Below, in pieces: positions 24,536-36,070 of a DNA stretch of 64,000 nt (within the stretch, counting starts at the first letter, position 1; each line of letters begins with the position of its first letter). The position numbers and the translations under genes were made by a program. The stretch is taken from NCBI GenBank assembly GCA_964611585.1, contig CAZTAK010000001.1:11132-75131 (forward strand), written 5' to 3'. A model generated the notes under the pieces. The model had not been told where the DNA came from, ran no database searches, and saw nothing but the letters and a program-made list of their open reading frames with translations. The stretch comes from an uncultured Alphaproteobacteria bacterium (GTDB taxonomy: Bacteria > Pseudomonadota > Alphaproteobacteria > SHVP01).

Positions 24536-25093
24536 TCAGAAATTCCCGTCGTCGTAAATGACTTCCGCTTCCTTGTCGGTGATGATGCGGCGCTCGCCTT
24601 TGCTGGTCTCGGCACGGCGGCGCCGCCGGTCCGGACCAAAATATACCGGTGTCAGCACGTACTGACGCGGCCGTTCGATCAACTGGCCAAGTATCCGGGT
24701 CAAACTCTGGATCTAATAGGGCTTGCCAAGAACTTCGGTGGCGCCGAGATCGCGCGCCTCGCGCACCTTTTCCATATCGGCGTGGCCGGTGACGAGGATG
24801 AAGGGCATGAACTTGTCGGGAGAGTCCTTGTGCCGCCGCAGCCACTTCAACAGCATAATGCCGTCGACGGGCGACATCTCCCAGTTCGACATGATGAAAT
24901 CCACGCTGCTGATTCCAGCCTTGCGTGGATCATCTTGCATGAGCTTGAGAAGTTCGATCGCCTCGCCGCCGTCTCCGGCAATTACGACGTTTCCGCTACC
25001 GAGGCGCAACAATATCGAACGCAACAGGTTGCGCATGCACGAATTGTCGTCGACAACGAGAACCGTAAACAGGCTCAGGTTGTAACCATCCAT
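24536..25093 (-). CDS. CheY-like response-regulator receiver; reading frame interrupted by an in-frame TAG at 24713-24715
   Basis: The N-terminal 126 aa form a canonical REC (LVVDDNSCMR, the acceptor Asp in FIMSNWEMSPVDG, FILVTGH, GKPY). The frame continues after the TAG as IQSLTRILGQLIERP (alpha5) for 58 codons to TGA 24536-24538. Confidence 0.65.
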
Positions 25094-25209
25094 CTACAGT
25101 TCAATCCCTTCCCCATCGCGCCCCCAATTGTGGCGTAGGAGAAACGAAGGCTAACATTTTGTTTTCGGCGTGAACAGGCTCGGCGGTCTCGTTGCAGTTG
25201 AATTCGGGT

Positions 25210-26238
25210 TCAGTTTTCTACCGCCCAGGTATGGCCCTGCCGCAGCATGGCGTTGAGACCGGCACTGGATTTGGCCGTGCGGGCGCTGTCGATCTGGGCC
25301 CAGACTTTGGTTTCAAAGCTGGCCGAAGGATCGCAGTACAGGACCCCCAGCGCGACCGGAAATTGCGGCCGCGGCATTGCCGCCAGCAGCGCGGCAAGCG
25401 CGTGGTTGGTCTCGTCGTGAACGAGAAGGTCGTCCTCGGTCATGCCGTTTTCGCCGATGACAACGCTTTCGAGGTCGAGCGTGCCGGGCTTCAGCCTCAG
25501 GCCGCGTTTGCGTTCGGTGCCAAAGATCAGCGGCGCCCCGTGCTCGACGAACAACTGGTTGTCGGCGGCAATATCTTTTTCGATGAAGTCACCAAATACA
25601 TTGTCGTTGTAGACGATGCAGTTTTGAAAAATCTCGACGAAAGATGCCCCGTCATGAGTGTGCGCCCGTTTGAGAATTTCCGGCAAATGAGTCTTGCTGG
25701 TATCGATGGAACGGGCCACGAATTGCGCCCCGCAACCGAGCGCAAAGCTGGCCGGATGCACGGGATTGTCGAGCGAGCCTTCGGGTGTCGAGGGCGACTT
25801 CGTTCCCGGCCGCGAAGTCGGCGAATATTGACCCTTGGTAAGACCGTAAATTTCGTTGTTGAACAGAATGATCTGCAAATCGACGTTGCGGCGCAGGGCG
25901 TGAAACAAGTGATTGCCGCCAATCGATGTGCCGTCGCCGTCGCCGGTAATCACCCACACGTCGAGATTTGGATTGGCGAGGCGGATACCGGTGGCGACCG
26001 CGGGCGCGCGCCCGTGGATGGTATGAAAGCCGTAGGTGGCCATGTAATAGGGAAAGCGCGACGAGCAACCGATACCCGACACAAAGACGGTTTTTTCAGG
26101 GTCGCCCCCGATTTCGGCCATCGTCTTCTGCATCGCCTTGAGAATCGCGTAATCGCCGCAACCGGGACACCAGCGGACTTCCTGGTCGCTGGCGAAGTCC
26201 TTGGCGGTACGCTTCTGCACAGCAGGAACAACGTTCAT
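25210..26238 (-). CDS. korB: 2-oxoglutarate(2-oxoacid):ferredoxin oxidoreductase, beta (TPP-binding) subunit
   Basis: The product has WCPGCGDY and GIGCSSR together with the TPP-binding motif GDGDG..NN.IYGLTKGQ. Confidence 0.85.
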   Translation of the reverse strand: MNVVPAVQKRTAKDFASDQEVRWCPGCGDYAILKAMQKTMAEIGGDPEKTVFVSGIGCSSRFPYYMATYGFHTIHGRAPAVATGIRLANPNLDVWVITGDGDGTSIGGNHLFHALRRNVDLQIILFNNEIYGLTKGQYSPTSRPGTKSPSTPEGSLDNPVHPASFALGCGAQFVARSIDTSKTHLPEILKRAHTHDGASFVEIFQNCIVYNDNVFGDFIEKDIAADNQLFVEHGAPLIFGTERKRGLRLKPGTLDLESVVIGENGMTEDDLLVHDETNHALAALLAAMPRPQFPVALGVLYCDPSASFETKVWAQIDSARTAKSSAGLNAMLRQGHTWAVEN

Positions 26239-26239
26239 G

Positions 26240-28120
<1,881 letters not shown>

Positions 28121-28268
28121 TGTCAGCCTTCTTGACTATTGCCGGAGGGGTCGGAGCCTTCGCAAGGAAAACACTAACCCTGCGGCCAGCACGTACGCCC
28201 AACGGAAATTAGGGCCCTGCCGGCTCCAAAATCAAGGGAATTCCCGGTCTCTCGGGGCGAAAAACCGC

Positions 28269-29615
28269 CTACTCGGGATCGGACCCCGACACCGCCAGCG
28301 CTGGCGCGGCGGGCGCCTCGAGGACCGACAACATGGCCGCCACGGTCTCGAATTTGCGCCGTGGCGCGGGCGGCACGGCGGCAGCAATTTCCGCCGCGTC
28401 GATCGCCTCCCAGTCGGCAAACGACACCGGCCCGACCCCGCGCCCGGCCAGCAACGACCGCAACCGGTGGCCCGCCGGTTTGCCGCTGTCCCGGCAGTCC
28501 GAAACGATGTGACCGGCCACTTTCACGCCGTCCGGACGGTTGGTGCCAATCACGCCGCTGGGGCCGCGCTTGATCCAGCCAACCACGTAGATCCCCGGCT
28601 CAACTCGGCCGTCATGGTTGGGTATGGTGGCCGATTTTTCATCGAAGGGCAGGCCTTCGACCGCTATCGACCGGTAGCCCACTGCCGGAATTACCAGGCC
28701 GCACGGGATCTCAAAAAATTCACCGGTGCCGACGGCGCGGCCCGCGACGACCCGGGTCCGTTCGAGCCGCAGGCCCTCGACCCGGTCGCCGCCAAGGATC
28801 TCGACCGGAGTCGCAAAAAACGCGAAATGGGCCCGCCGCGCTACCTCACGCCCGGCCTGGGCCGCGAACCCCTTGAGCGTGGCGAGATTCTTTTCCTTGA
28901 GACGGCGGTCGCGGCCTTCCGGCAAATCGCCGACGTCGTCTGGAAGTTGGGCCGGGTCCACCACCGCCAGGGCATCTTCCAGGTGCCCCATTTCCCTCAG
29001 TTCGACGTTGGTGAATTTCGCCTCGATGGGGCCCCGCCGCCCGAACATGTAGACATCCCGAAGCGGAGATCGCGCGATCGCGTCGGCGGCATAGGGTGGC
29101 AGGTCCGATTCCGCCATATTCTCGCGAGTCTTGACCAGCACCCGCGCAATGTCGATGGCGACGTTGCCGTTGCCGATGACGGCGGCGGCGGTGCAGCCCA
29201 GGTCGGGGTCGAGGTCCCGCATATCAGGATGGGCGTTGTACCAACCGACGAAACTGGCCGATCCGATGACGCCACCCTTGTCTTCGCCGGGAATCCCGAG
29301 GGAACAGTCGTGGGCCGCCCCGGTGGCGAACACCACGGCGTCATAGGCGGACCGCAGTTCGTCGAGGGTGACGTCGCGGCCGACCTCGACGTTGCCGAAG
29401 AACTCCACTTCCTCGCGGCGCAGAATCTTGGTGTACACCCGGGTAACGCGTTTGGTGGTCTGGTGGTCGGGCGCCACCCCATAGCGAACCAAGCCAAAGG
29501 GCGTCGGCAGCCGGTCGATCATGTCGATGCGACACTCGGCATCGCTCTTGAGCAGGGCCTCGGCAGCGTAAAACCCGGCCGGGCCGGTCCCGACGATGGC
29601 GACCTGAATCGTCAT
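28269..29615 (-). CDS. NADPH:ferredoxin/adrenodoxin reductase (FprA-type)
   Basis: The product has the FAD motif VAIVGTGPAGFYAA and a second NADPH motif VIGNGNVAIDIARVL, typical of the FprA/adrenodoxin reductase family. Confidence 0.8.
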   Translation of the reverse strand: MTIQVAIVGTGPAGFYAAEALLKSDAECRIDMIDRLPTPFGLVRYGVAPDHQTTKRVTRVYTKILRREEVEFFGNVEVGRDVTLDELRSAYDAVVFATGAAHDCSLGIPGEDKGGVIGSASFVGWYNAHPDMRDLDPDLGCTAAAVIGNGNVAIDIARVLVKTRENMAESDLPPYAADAIARSPLRDVYMFGRRGPIEAKFTNVELREMGHLEDALAVVDPAQLPDDVGDLPEGRDRRLKEKNLATLKGFAAQAGREVARRAHFAFFATPVEILGGDRVEGLRLERTRVVAGRAVGTGEFFEIPCGLVIPAVGYRSIAVEGLPFDEKSATIPNHDGRVEPGIYVVGWIKRGPSGVIGTNRPDGVKVAGHIVSDCRDSGKPAGHRLRSLLAGRGVGPVSFADWEAIDAAEIAAAVPPAPRRKFETVAAMLSVLEAPAAPALAVSGSDPE

Positions 29616-29752
29616 GGCATGGCTCCGGAGTGTTCAGATGGAGGGGGCACGGCAAGTTTCTCCGCGCCGCACGTTTGCGACCGCCGGTCCCCGACTAATC
29701 GGTCTCTATATACGCGGTTTGGCCCGGTCTGCAATACCGGACCGCGCGACGG

Positions 29753-30589
29753 TCAGATCAGGTTGAGTCGCATATTCTCGCGCGCGACGATGGCGCCCGA
29801 CCACATGGCGCGGGCTTCGCTCTCGAGTTTCTCCATGAACCCGTCCGCGTGGTCCGGATCGTGGTGGAATATCGCCAGCGTCTTGGCGTTTGCGGCCCGG
29901 CACAACCGCACACCTTCCTCCCATGTCGAATGACCCCAGCCGACCCGCATGGGAAATTCCTTGTCGGTATAGGTGCAATCGTAAATCACGAGATCGGCAC
30001 CTTCGATCAGGCCGAGAATCTTTTCGTCGGATTTGCCGACCACATGTTCGGTATCGGTCACATAGCAAAACGCCTTGCCCGCATGCTCCACCCGGTAGCC
30101 GGTGGCGCCGTTGGGATGATTGAGAGGCACCGTGACCACACGCGTACCCGAAAACGGTGAAAAGGTATCGCCCGCACGGAAGTCCTCGAAATCGAGCCGC
30201 GCGCCCATGAATTCCAGCGGCACCGGAAACGTCGGTTGCGACATCTGCCCGGATATCACTTTTTGGATGCCGCCCTGATCCATAAGGTGCCCGGCGCTAA
30301 TAAGAAAATGGTTGTCTTTGGAAAACGCGGGCGAGAAAAACGGGAAGCCGTCGATGTGGTCCCAGTGGGTATGGGACAGGAAGATCTTGGCGTGCTTTAC
30401 GTTTTTGCGTTTGAGCCAGTGGCCGAGATTCCGCAACCCGGTGCCGGCGTCAAAAATGATGCGATTGCCGCCAAGTGAAACTTCGATGCAGCTGGTATTG
30501 CCGCCAAAAGCAACGTGCCGGGGAGAGGGGCACGCGATGCTACCGCGCACGCCCCAGAACTTGATCTTGAAGCTCATTCGATTTGTCAC
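29753..30589 (-). CDS. MBL-fold metallo-hydrolase
   Basis: The HxHxDH motif (SHTHWDHIDG) and downstream His/Asp ligands are present. Confidence 0.75.
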   Translation of the reverse strand: MTNRMSFKIKFWGVRGSIACPSPRHVAFGGNTSCIEVSLGGNRIIFDAGTGLRNLGHWLKRKNVKHAKIFLSHTHWDHIDGFPFFSPAFSKDNHFLISAGHLMDQGGIQKVISGQMSQPTFPVPLEFMGARLDFEDFRAGDTFSPFSGTRVVTVPLNHPNGATGYRVEHAGKAFCYVTDTEHVVGKSDEKILGLIEGADLVIYDCTYTDKEFPMRVGWGHSTWEEGVRLCRAANAKTLAIFHHDPDHADGFMEKLESEARAMWSGAIVARENMRLNLI

Positions 30590-30742
30590 CCGTTGCGAAC
30601 AAGCGCACTCCCCAAAGTACTATCGGTTGCAGGTATTCAGCAGCAGTGTGTGCAATATCCAGGGTTCAGCGTCAATGGCAAAGACGGGGACCCGGCGGCA
30701 TCCAAACTTTGTTTCTAAAGGGCTTTCGGCGCCCTCGGCCTC

Positions 30743-31567
30743 TCAATGCGACATCAGCACGGGGACGGTCATGTGATGAAGCAAGCTCCGCGTGACGCCA
30801 CCCAGCACCACCTCGCGGAAGCGCGAGTGGCCGTAAGCGCCGAGAACCATCATGTCGGCGCCAATATCGCTGGCGGCATCGAGCAGCACATCGGATACGC
30901 CAATGCCGTCGCTGTCGCGGTTGTGGGTCTCGACCGCGACCCCGTGGCGGGCGATATGGGCCGAAATATCACTGCCCGGAATATAGTCTTTGCTCGGCGC
31001 GTTGACCCCCAGAACCACAACCTTGGTGGCGCGCTTGAGAAAAGGCAGGGCGTCGTGGGTTGCCCGGGCGGCTTCGCGGCTGCCGTTCCAGGCCACCAGG
31101 ATCCGTTCGCCCATGGTCTTGAAATTCCCCGAATAGGGGATCGCCAGGAGCGGGCGCGACGAGCGCAGGGCCAGTTCTTCGGCCAGGTCATATTCGGCGT
31201 CGGCCTCGGGCGAGTCGGGGTCGCGCCGGCTTGCGACAACGAGATCGGCGTACCGAGCCTGGGTGATCACGGCGCCCAGATCGTTTTCACTACTCTCGCG
31301 CCATTCAAACGGGATGTCGGCACCCTCGGCACGGTCTTCGAACATGTCGCGCACCGATGCCATGTCGCGCTGCATCTCGGCGCGGCGCCCCGCCAACATC
31401 TCTTCAGTGAAATAGGTTTTGATGTAGCCGGGCAGCACATGGGCGACCGGAACGAACAAGCCGATCAAATGGGCGTCGAATTTCTGCGCCACCGATATGG
31501 CGGCATCTAGCCGCTGTATTTTGTGGGCGTCGTTGGCAAGATGCACCAGAATATCCTTGATACCCAT
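30743..31567 (-). CDS. universal stress protein with tandem UspA domains
   Basis: Two Usp domains start MGIKDILVHL, each ending with G.YGHSR....GGVT-type ATP-binding motifs. Confidence 0.8.
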   Translation of the reverse strand: MGIKDILVHLANDAHKIQRLDAAISVAQKFDAHLIGLFVPVAHVLPGYIKTYFTEEMLAGRRAEMQRDMASVRDMFEDRAEGADIPFEWRESSENDLGAVITQARYADLVVASRRDPDSPEADAEYDLAEELALRSSRPLLAIPYSGNFKTMGERILVAWNGSREAARATHDALPFLKRATKVVVLGVNAPSKDYIPGSDISAHIARHGVAVETHNRDSDGIGVSDVLLDAASDIGADMMVLGAYGHSRFREVVLGGVTRSLLHHMTVPVLMSH

Positions 31568-31671
31568 GACCGGCCTCGTTTTCGCTTGCGCGGGGCACAC
31601 TGCCCCATACCGGAAAGGTAGTCGGCGCGCCGCTACCGGCAAGGCCGCAATTTGTCGCACCGTTCGGACTT

Positions 31672-32367
31672 CTACTGGCCCGGAATGACGGACTCGCCGA
31701 ACAGCCAAGGGTGAACCCCAAGGAGGATGGCGTACAGAGCCAGGGCGGCGACGATTCGAATCCATCCGATCTCGCCCAGGCTGACCCGGGTACGCCGCCC
31801 GATCAGGGCGGCCAGCGGCACGAAACTCGTCTGGGCGGAAAACTGGGCCCATTGGTAGGGCTTTTCCCGCTTGCGCTTGAGGTCGATCTGCCACGATCCG
31901 ACCATTGCGAGAAACGCCAGGGCGCCAAAGAAAATCAGCGACGGTACGTCGCCGTTGGCGAGCATGTGCGCCCCGGCCCACATCGCGATGCCCCAGTTTA
32001 TCGGGTGGCGGGTAACGTGGACGATGCCGTGGACGGACCGGTCCGCTTCCAGCATCCCGATCTGGCCCACCGACATTGGATTGCGCGTGGTAGAGCCGGC
32101 CACTGCCAGAATCAATGCAAACGGCATCACCACCAGCACGATGTCTTCTAGGAATTGCGCCTCCCACAGGACCGGGCCGGTCACACTGCGGTGGGCCAAC
32201 ACCATCCACAGCAAGCCGAGCGCGGCCAGCACCGAGAACAGGCCCTGGAATGGCCGTTCGCCGGTGACCCGCACAATCGACCGCCGAAGCCCGGTTCCCG
32301 AAAGAACGACGTGAAGGCCGACAAAGAATACCGATGTAGCGACAAGCGTAATCAGACCGGCGGACAC
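31672..32367 (-). CDS. NnrU-family membrane protein (tentative)
   Basis: The 231-aa polytopic membrane protein has an RHPINWG motif. The family assignment is by recollection only. Confidence 0.45.
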   Translation of the reverse strand: MSAGLITLVATSVFFVGLHVVLSGTGLRRSIVRVTGERPFQGLFSVLAALGLLWMVLAHRSVTGPVLWEAQFLEDIVLVVMPFALILAVAGSTTRNPMSVGQIGMLEADRSVHGIVHVTRHPINWGIAMWAGAHMLANGDVPSLIFFGALAFLAMVGSWQIDLKRKREKPYQWAQFSAQTSFVPLAALIGRRTRVSLGEIGWIRIVAALALYAILLGVHPWLFGESVIPGQ

Positions 32368-32400
32368 ATGCAGACCTCTCGCGTGGTTGCGGACGGAAGT

Positions 32401-32649
32401 TCAGGCGGTCGTGGAGCGCCGGCCGGTGACCGCGCGCCGCCCGCCGCCGGTCAACTTGCACACCAACCAATCCGGCTTGATCGGGTTATCGAACCAGGGT
32501 TCCGCCCACCCTTTGAGAATGCAGGCGCGAATGGTTTTGGTGCTGATTTTCTGGCCCTCGCGGTCGAACAAGGGAAGCTTGCCGCCGGGCTGGTCGAGCC
32601 CGCGCTTGAGGTAGCGCGCCTGAGAGGAGGTCGGCCTAGTGTCGCTCAT
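32401..32649 (-). CDS. small hypothetical protein
   Basis: The 82-aa ORF starts MSDTRPTSSQARYLKRG. Codon bias is consistent with coding, but no family was recognised. Confidence 0.3.
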   Translation of the reverse strand: MSDTRPTSSQARYLKRGLDQPGGKLPLFDREGQKISTKTIRACILKGWAEPWFDNPIKPDWLVCKLTGGGRRAVTGRRSTTA

Positions 32650-32767
32650 CGCGAAACTGTAGCCCAAACCGCGGGACTGCGCCACGGCGCAGCCCGAATC
32701 ATGACAAATAGCGCGGCGGTTGGTAGGTTGGCGCCTTGCTTGGACGCACGCCGACAAGGGAGCGGAC

Positions 32768-33586
32768 ATGAGAATTGCCGTTATTGGAACAGGATTCCGG
32801 CGCGAGGGTCACGACACCCCGCCGCAGCAGATTGTCGATATTGCCGGGAGCGGTTTCGATCCCCGATTGTTCGAACAGCGCCTGCCCGCGTTTCCCGTCA
32901 ACCAGATCAATCGAAACTTGTCCGCGGTCAGCAACATCGAAACGGGCCTGAGGGCGGCCGCGGACGGGTTCGACGCCATCTTCATCAATACCGTCGGCGA
33001 CTATGGTCTCGGCTCTTTGCGTTCGGCCTTGACAATTCCGGTCGTCGGGGCAGGCCAGGCGACGATGCACGCGGCGGCGCAACTGGGCGAGCGGTTTTCG
33101 ATCGTTACCATCTGGCCCGAGTCGCTTCGGTTCATCTATTCGAACTTGCTGCGACTCTACGGCATGAACGGGCATTGCGTTTCGGTGCGGTGCGTTTCGC
33201 AGGACGAGGAATTGCCGACTCTCTCGGACGACGAGAACTTCGTTACCGAAATGCGTCGCGGCGAGGCGAGCCAGCAGGACCGTATCGTTGCCGAATGCAT
33301 GAAGGCGATCGAAGAAGACCGGGCCGACACCATCATGTTGGGCTGCACCTGCATGGCTCCGGTCGCGGACGAGATTGCGGCGCGTTGCCCGGCCCCTGTG
33401 CTGAACCCGTTGACGACCGGCTACATGGCGACCGAGATGCAGCTGGCGCTCGGCCTTGGCGCCAGCAACCTCGCCTACCAGGATATCGGCGGCGACCGCC
33501 TCGCCCAGTACGCAGCGATGGCCGATGCCGTTCTGGCGCTGGAAGAGGAAGACGAGTTCCGCGGCACCGCCACAGCCGCCGAATAG
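32768..33586 (+). CDS. Asp/Glu/hydantoin racemase family protein
   Basis: The product MRIAVIGTG...DAIFINTVGDYGL...IMLGCTCM matches the two-cysteine racemase family pattern. It is a paralog of the fragment at 1-170. Confidence 0.65.
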   Translation: MRIAVIGTGFRREGHDTPPQQIVDIAGSGFDPRLFEQRLPAFPVNQINRNLSAVSNIETGLRAAADGFDAIFINTVGDYGLGSLRSALTIPVVGAGQATMHAAAQLGERFSIVTIWPESLRFIYSNLLRLYGMNGHCVSVRCVSQDEELPTLSDDENFVTEMRRGEASQQDRIVAECMKAIEEDRADTIMLGCTCMAPVADEIAARCPAPVLNPLTTGYMATEMQLALGLGASNLAYQDIGGDRLAQYAAMADAVLALEEEDEFRGTATAAE

Positions 33587-33612
33587 GGAATACGTGGTGC
33601 CGGGTGCGCGGC

Positions 33613-34254
33613 TCAGCCGCCGCGGCCCTGCAACGCCTTTTCGCCCTCCTCAAGGGTCCACCGGACCACGTCTTTGAGAACATCACCGAGCGCCTCGTCG
33701 AAGGTTTCGATGATGATCGGCATCGACGTGCCGGGAGCCCGCAACAGCGCCTCGAAGTTCTGCGAGGCGACGATTTCACGGCGCGGCTGGCGGATCAGCT
33801 TGACGTTGAGGCGCACGCGCACATTGGGTGCGCGATCTTGTCCCTCGAAGTATTCGGCCTGAAATTCCCGTAACTCGCTCTTGACGTTGATATCCGACCG
33901 AAGCCCGATCACCTGGCGGCCGACGGCCACGATCTTGCCGGTGTTCTCGAACGATTCGACCAGTAGCGTCTGGACCAGCCGCGTGGCCCGCTCCGTCCAG
34001 CGCGCGCCGGCGAAGTAGGCGAGCTCCAAATGGGTTTCGCGCAGCGCGATACTTTGCGTGTTGAGCCCGCCCGCGGCGACCGGCTCTTCGATCACAAGTT
34101 GCCAGTTCACCCGGGGAAGCGTGCCCGGATAGGTACTTTTCGGCGTCAGCGTATAGAGATCGGGCGGCGGCCCGGTCCCCGGCAAGACACCGGTGCAGGC
34201 GCCGAGCAGACTCGCCAGCACCACGGACAGCAGGATCAGACGTTTTCGTTTCAC
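33613..34254 (-). CDS. ABC-transport auxiliary lipoprotein (PqiC/YmbA-like)
   Basis: A signal peptide plus lipobox (LLGAC) is present. The gene overlaps the upstream MCE gene by 4 nt. Confidence 0.6.
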   Translation of the reverse strand: MKRKRLILLSVVLASLLGACTGVLPGTGPPPDLYTLTPKSTYPGTLPRVNWQLVIEEPVAAGGLNTQSIALRETHLELAYFAGARWTERATRLVQTLLVESFENTGKIVAVGRQVIGLRSDINVKSELREFQAEYFEGQDRAPNVRVRLNVKLIRQPRREIVASQNFEALLRAPGTSMPIIIETFDEALGDVLKDVVRWTLEEGEKALQGRGG

Positions 34255-35270
34255 TTCGCCTCAAACCCCCGTTGGGCGCCCCCGAACAAGAACTGCGCCG
34301 GATCCGATTCGATTTGGTTGGTGAGCCGCGCCAGGCTCCCCATCAATTGGCGCAGGTCGTGGATCAGACCCGAAAACTCATACAAACCATCGGCGGAAAA
34401 ATCGGCGAGCGGTTGCTGGGTGTCGGCGACCAGAATGTTCAGCCGATCCGACACCTGAGTCACCGATTGAGCGGTGCGCTGGGCATCCGTCAGCAACGTC
34501 CGCACATCGTTTTCGACCACCGCATCGACGCCCGAAATCGTACCGCGCAGCGTCGACAAGGTAGCCTCGGCGCCATCGGCCAGCAGCGCAACCTGCGAAT
34601 CGAGACCGACGATCAGGTCGTTGAGCGATTCCGCCGCCTTGCGCATTTCGACCGAAGTGCGGTCGATGTTGGACATGATGCTGCCGAATTCGTCGGCGCG
34701 CGCGCCAAGCTCGCCGGTAACGGCCTGGGTGTCTTCGAGAATCTCGGTGATCGTCAGAATATTGTCGTCGTTGACCAGCGCCGTCACCTGTTCGATCAGT
34801 ATGGTGGCCTGATTCAAGAGCTCGGGCGCGTCGGCGAACAGACGCTGGAACTGCGACGGCGCCGAATCGATCTCCGCAAGCCGTTGGCCGGGCCGCGGGC
34901 GCAACGGCGGGCTGTCGGCACTGCCGCCGGTAATCTGAACCAGCGAGACGCCGGTAATGCCCTGTAGCTGCAAGGTTGCCACCGAATCGGATTTGATCGG
35001 CGTATTGGTGGCAACTTCGATGACAACGCCGACGCGGCTGGGATCGTCCGGATCGAGGGCGATGTCCTGCACGGTGCCAACCGGTATTCCGTTGTAGAGC
35101 ACGCTGGAGGCTGTCGAGAGGCCGGCGACCGAGCCCTCGAAAAAGATCTGATAACGCGTGAACTCACGGTCGATTTCGATCTTGGCGAGCCAGATCACGA
35201 ATCCGAACAGACCGATGATGATTACCAGGACAAAGGTCCCGACCAGCAGATGGTGTGCGCGCGTTTCCAT
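34251..35270 (-). CDS. MCE/MlaD-family protein
   Basis: An N-terminal TM helix is followed by an MCE domain (YQIFFEGSVAGLSTASSVLYNGIPVGTV). Confidence 0.85.
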   Translation of the reverse strand: METRAHHLLVGTFVLVIIIGLFGFVIWLAKIEIDREFTRYQIFFEGSVAGLSTASSVLYNGIPVGTVQDIALDPDDPSRVGVVIEVATNTPIKSDSVATLQLQGITGVSLVQITGGSADSPPLRPRPGQRLAEIDSAPSQFQRLFADAPELLNQATILIEQVTALVNDDNILTITEILEDTQAVTGELGARADEFGSIMSNIDRTSVEMRKAAESLNDLIVGLDSQVALLADGAEATLSTLRGTISGVDAVVENDVRTLLTDAQRTAQSVTQVSDRLNILVADTQQPLADFSADGLYEFSGLIHDLRQLMGSLARLTNQIESDPAQFLFGGAQRGFEAK

Positions 35271-35291
35271 GGTCGATCCTCGGCAGCCGCT

Positions 35292-36050
35292 CTATCCGGC
35301 CAGCGCCGCACGCCCGCGCGGGCCGTGGAAGTATTCCCGAATCCACGGATGATCGCTCTGCAGCATTGCGTCCATCGACCCCACGACCTCAACGCGCTTT
35401 TCCGCCAGAACCGCAATACGGTCGCAGATTGTATGCAGGCTGTCCAGATCGTGGGTCACCATGAAAACGGTGAGACCAAGCGAGCGGTGCAACTGCAGAA
35501 TCAACTGGTCGAAGGCGGCCGCGCCGATCGGATCGAGCCCGGCGGTCGGTTCGTCGAGAAACAGAATGTCCGGATCCATGGCCAGTGCCCGGGCAAGGCC
35601 CGCGCGCTTGCGCATACCGCCCGACAGTTGCGACGGAAACTTGAGTCCGGCGTCGGCGGGCAAACCGACCATCGCCACCTTCAGCGTCGCGATTTCGTCG
35701 AGCAACGCCGGTGACAGTTTGGAATGCTGTTTTAGCGGCGCCTGGATATTTTCAGCGACCGTCAGCGAACTGAACAGCGCCCCGTCCTGAAACAAGACGC
35801 CCCAGTGTTCTTCCAGGCGGTGCAATTGTCGCGACGATACGCCTGTCACCGGATGGCCCAGCACCTCGATCGACCCGCTGGCCGGGCGCTTGAGTCCGAC
35901 TATGGAGCGCAACAACACCGATTTGCCGGTGCCCGATCCGCCGACCACACCCAGAATTTCGCCCCGCATCACGTCGAGATCGAGGTTGTCGTGGACCGCC
36001 TGCAAACCAAACTGGGTGCGCAGGCCGCGAATCCGGATGGCGATGCCGTT
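35292..36050 (-). CDS. ABC transporter ATP-binding protein (MlaF-like)
   Basis: The GTG start has an RBS. The product has Walker A (GGSGTGKS), the signature LSGGMRKR and Walker B (ILFLDEP). Confidence 0.85.
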   Translation of the reverse strand, partial: NGIAIRIRGLRTQFGLQAVHDNLDLDVMRGEILGVVGGSGTGKSVLLRSIVGLKRPASGSIEVLGHPVTGVSSRQLHRLEEHWGVLFQDGALFSSLTVAENIQAPLKQHSKLSPALLDEIATLKVAMVGLPADAGLKFPSQLSGGMRKRAGLARALAMDPDILFLDEPTAGLDPIGAAAFDQLILQLHRSLGLTVFMVTHDLDSLHTICDRIAVLAEKRVEVVGSMDAMLQSDHPWIREYFHGPRGRAALAG

Positions 36051-36070
36051 ATCGTGCGCCACGACCGCCC

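Noticed and set aside
32155-33873. A 572-aa plus-strand ORF overlapping the NnrU-like and racemase genes
   Set aside because: Its frame conflicts with the racemase gene that has recognisable motifs. The composition is low-complexity.
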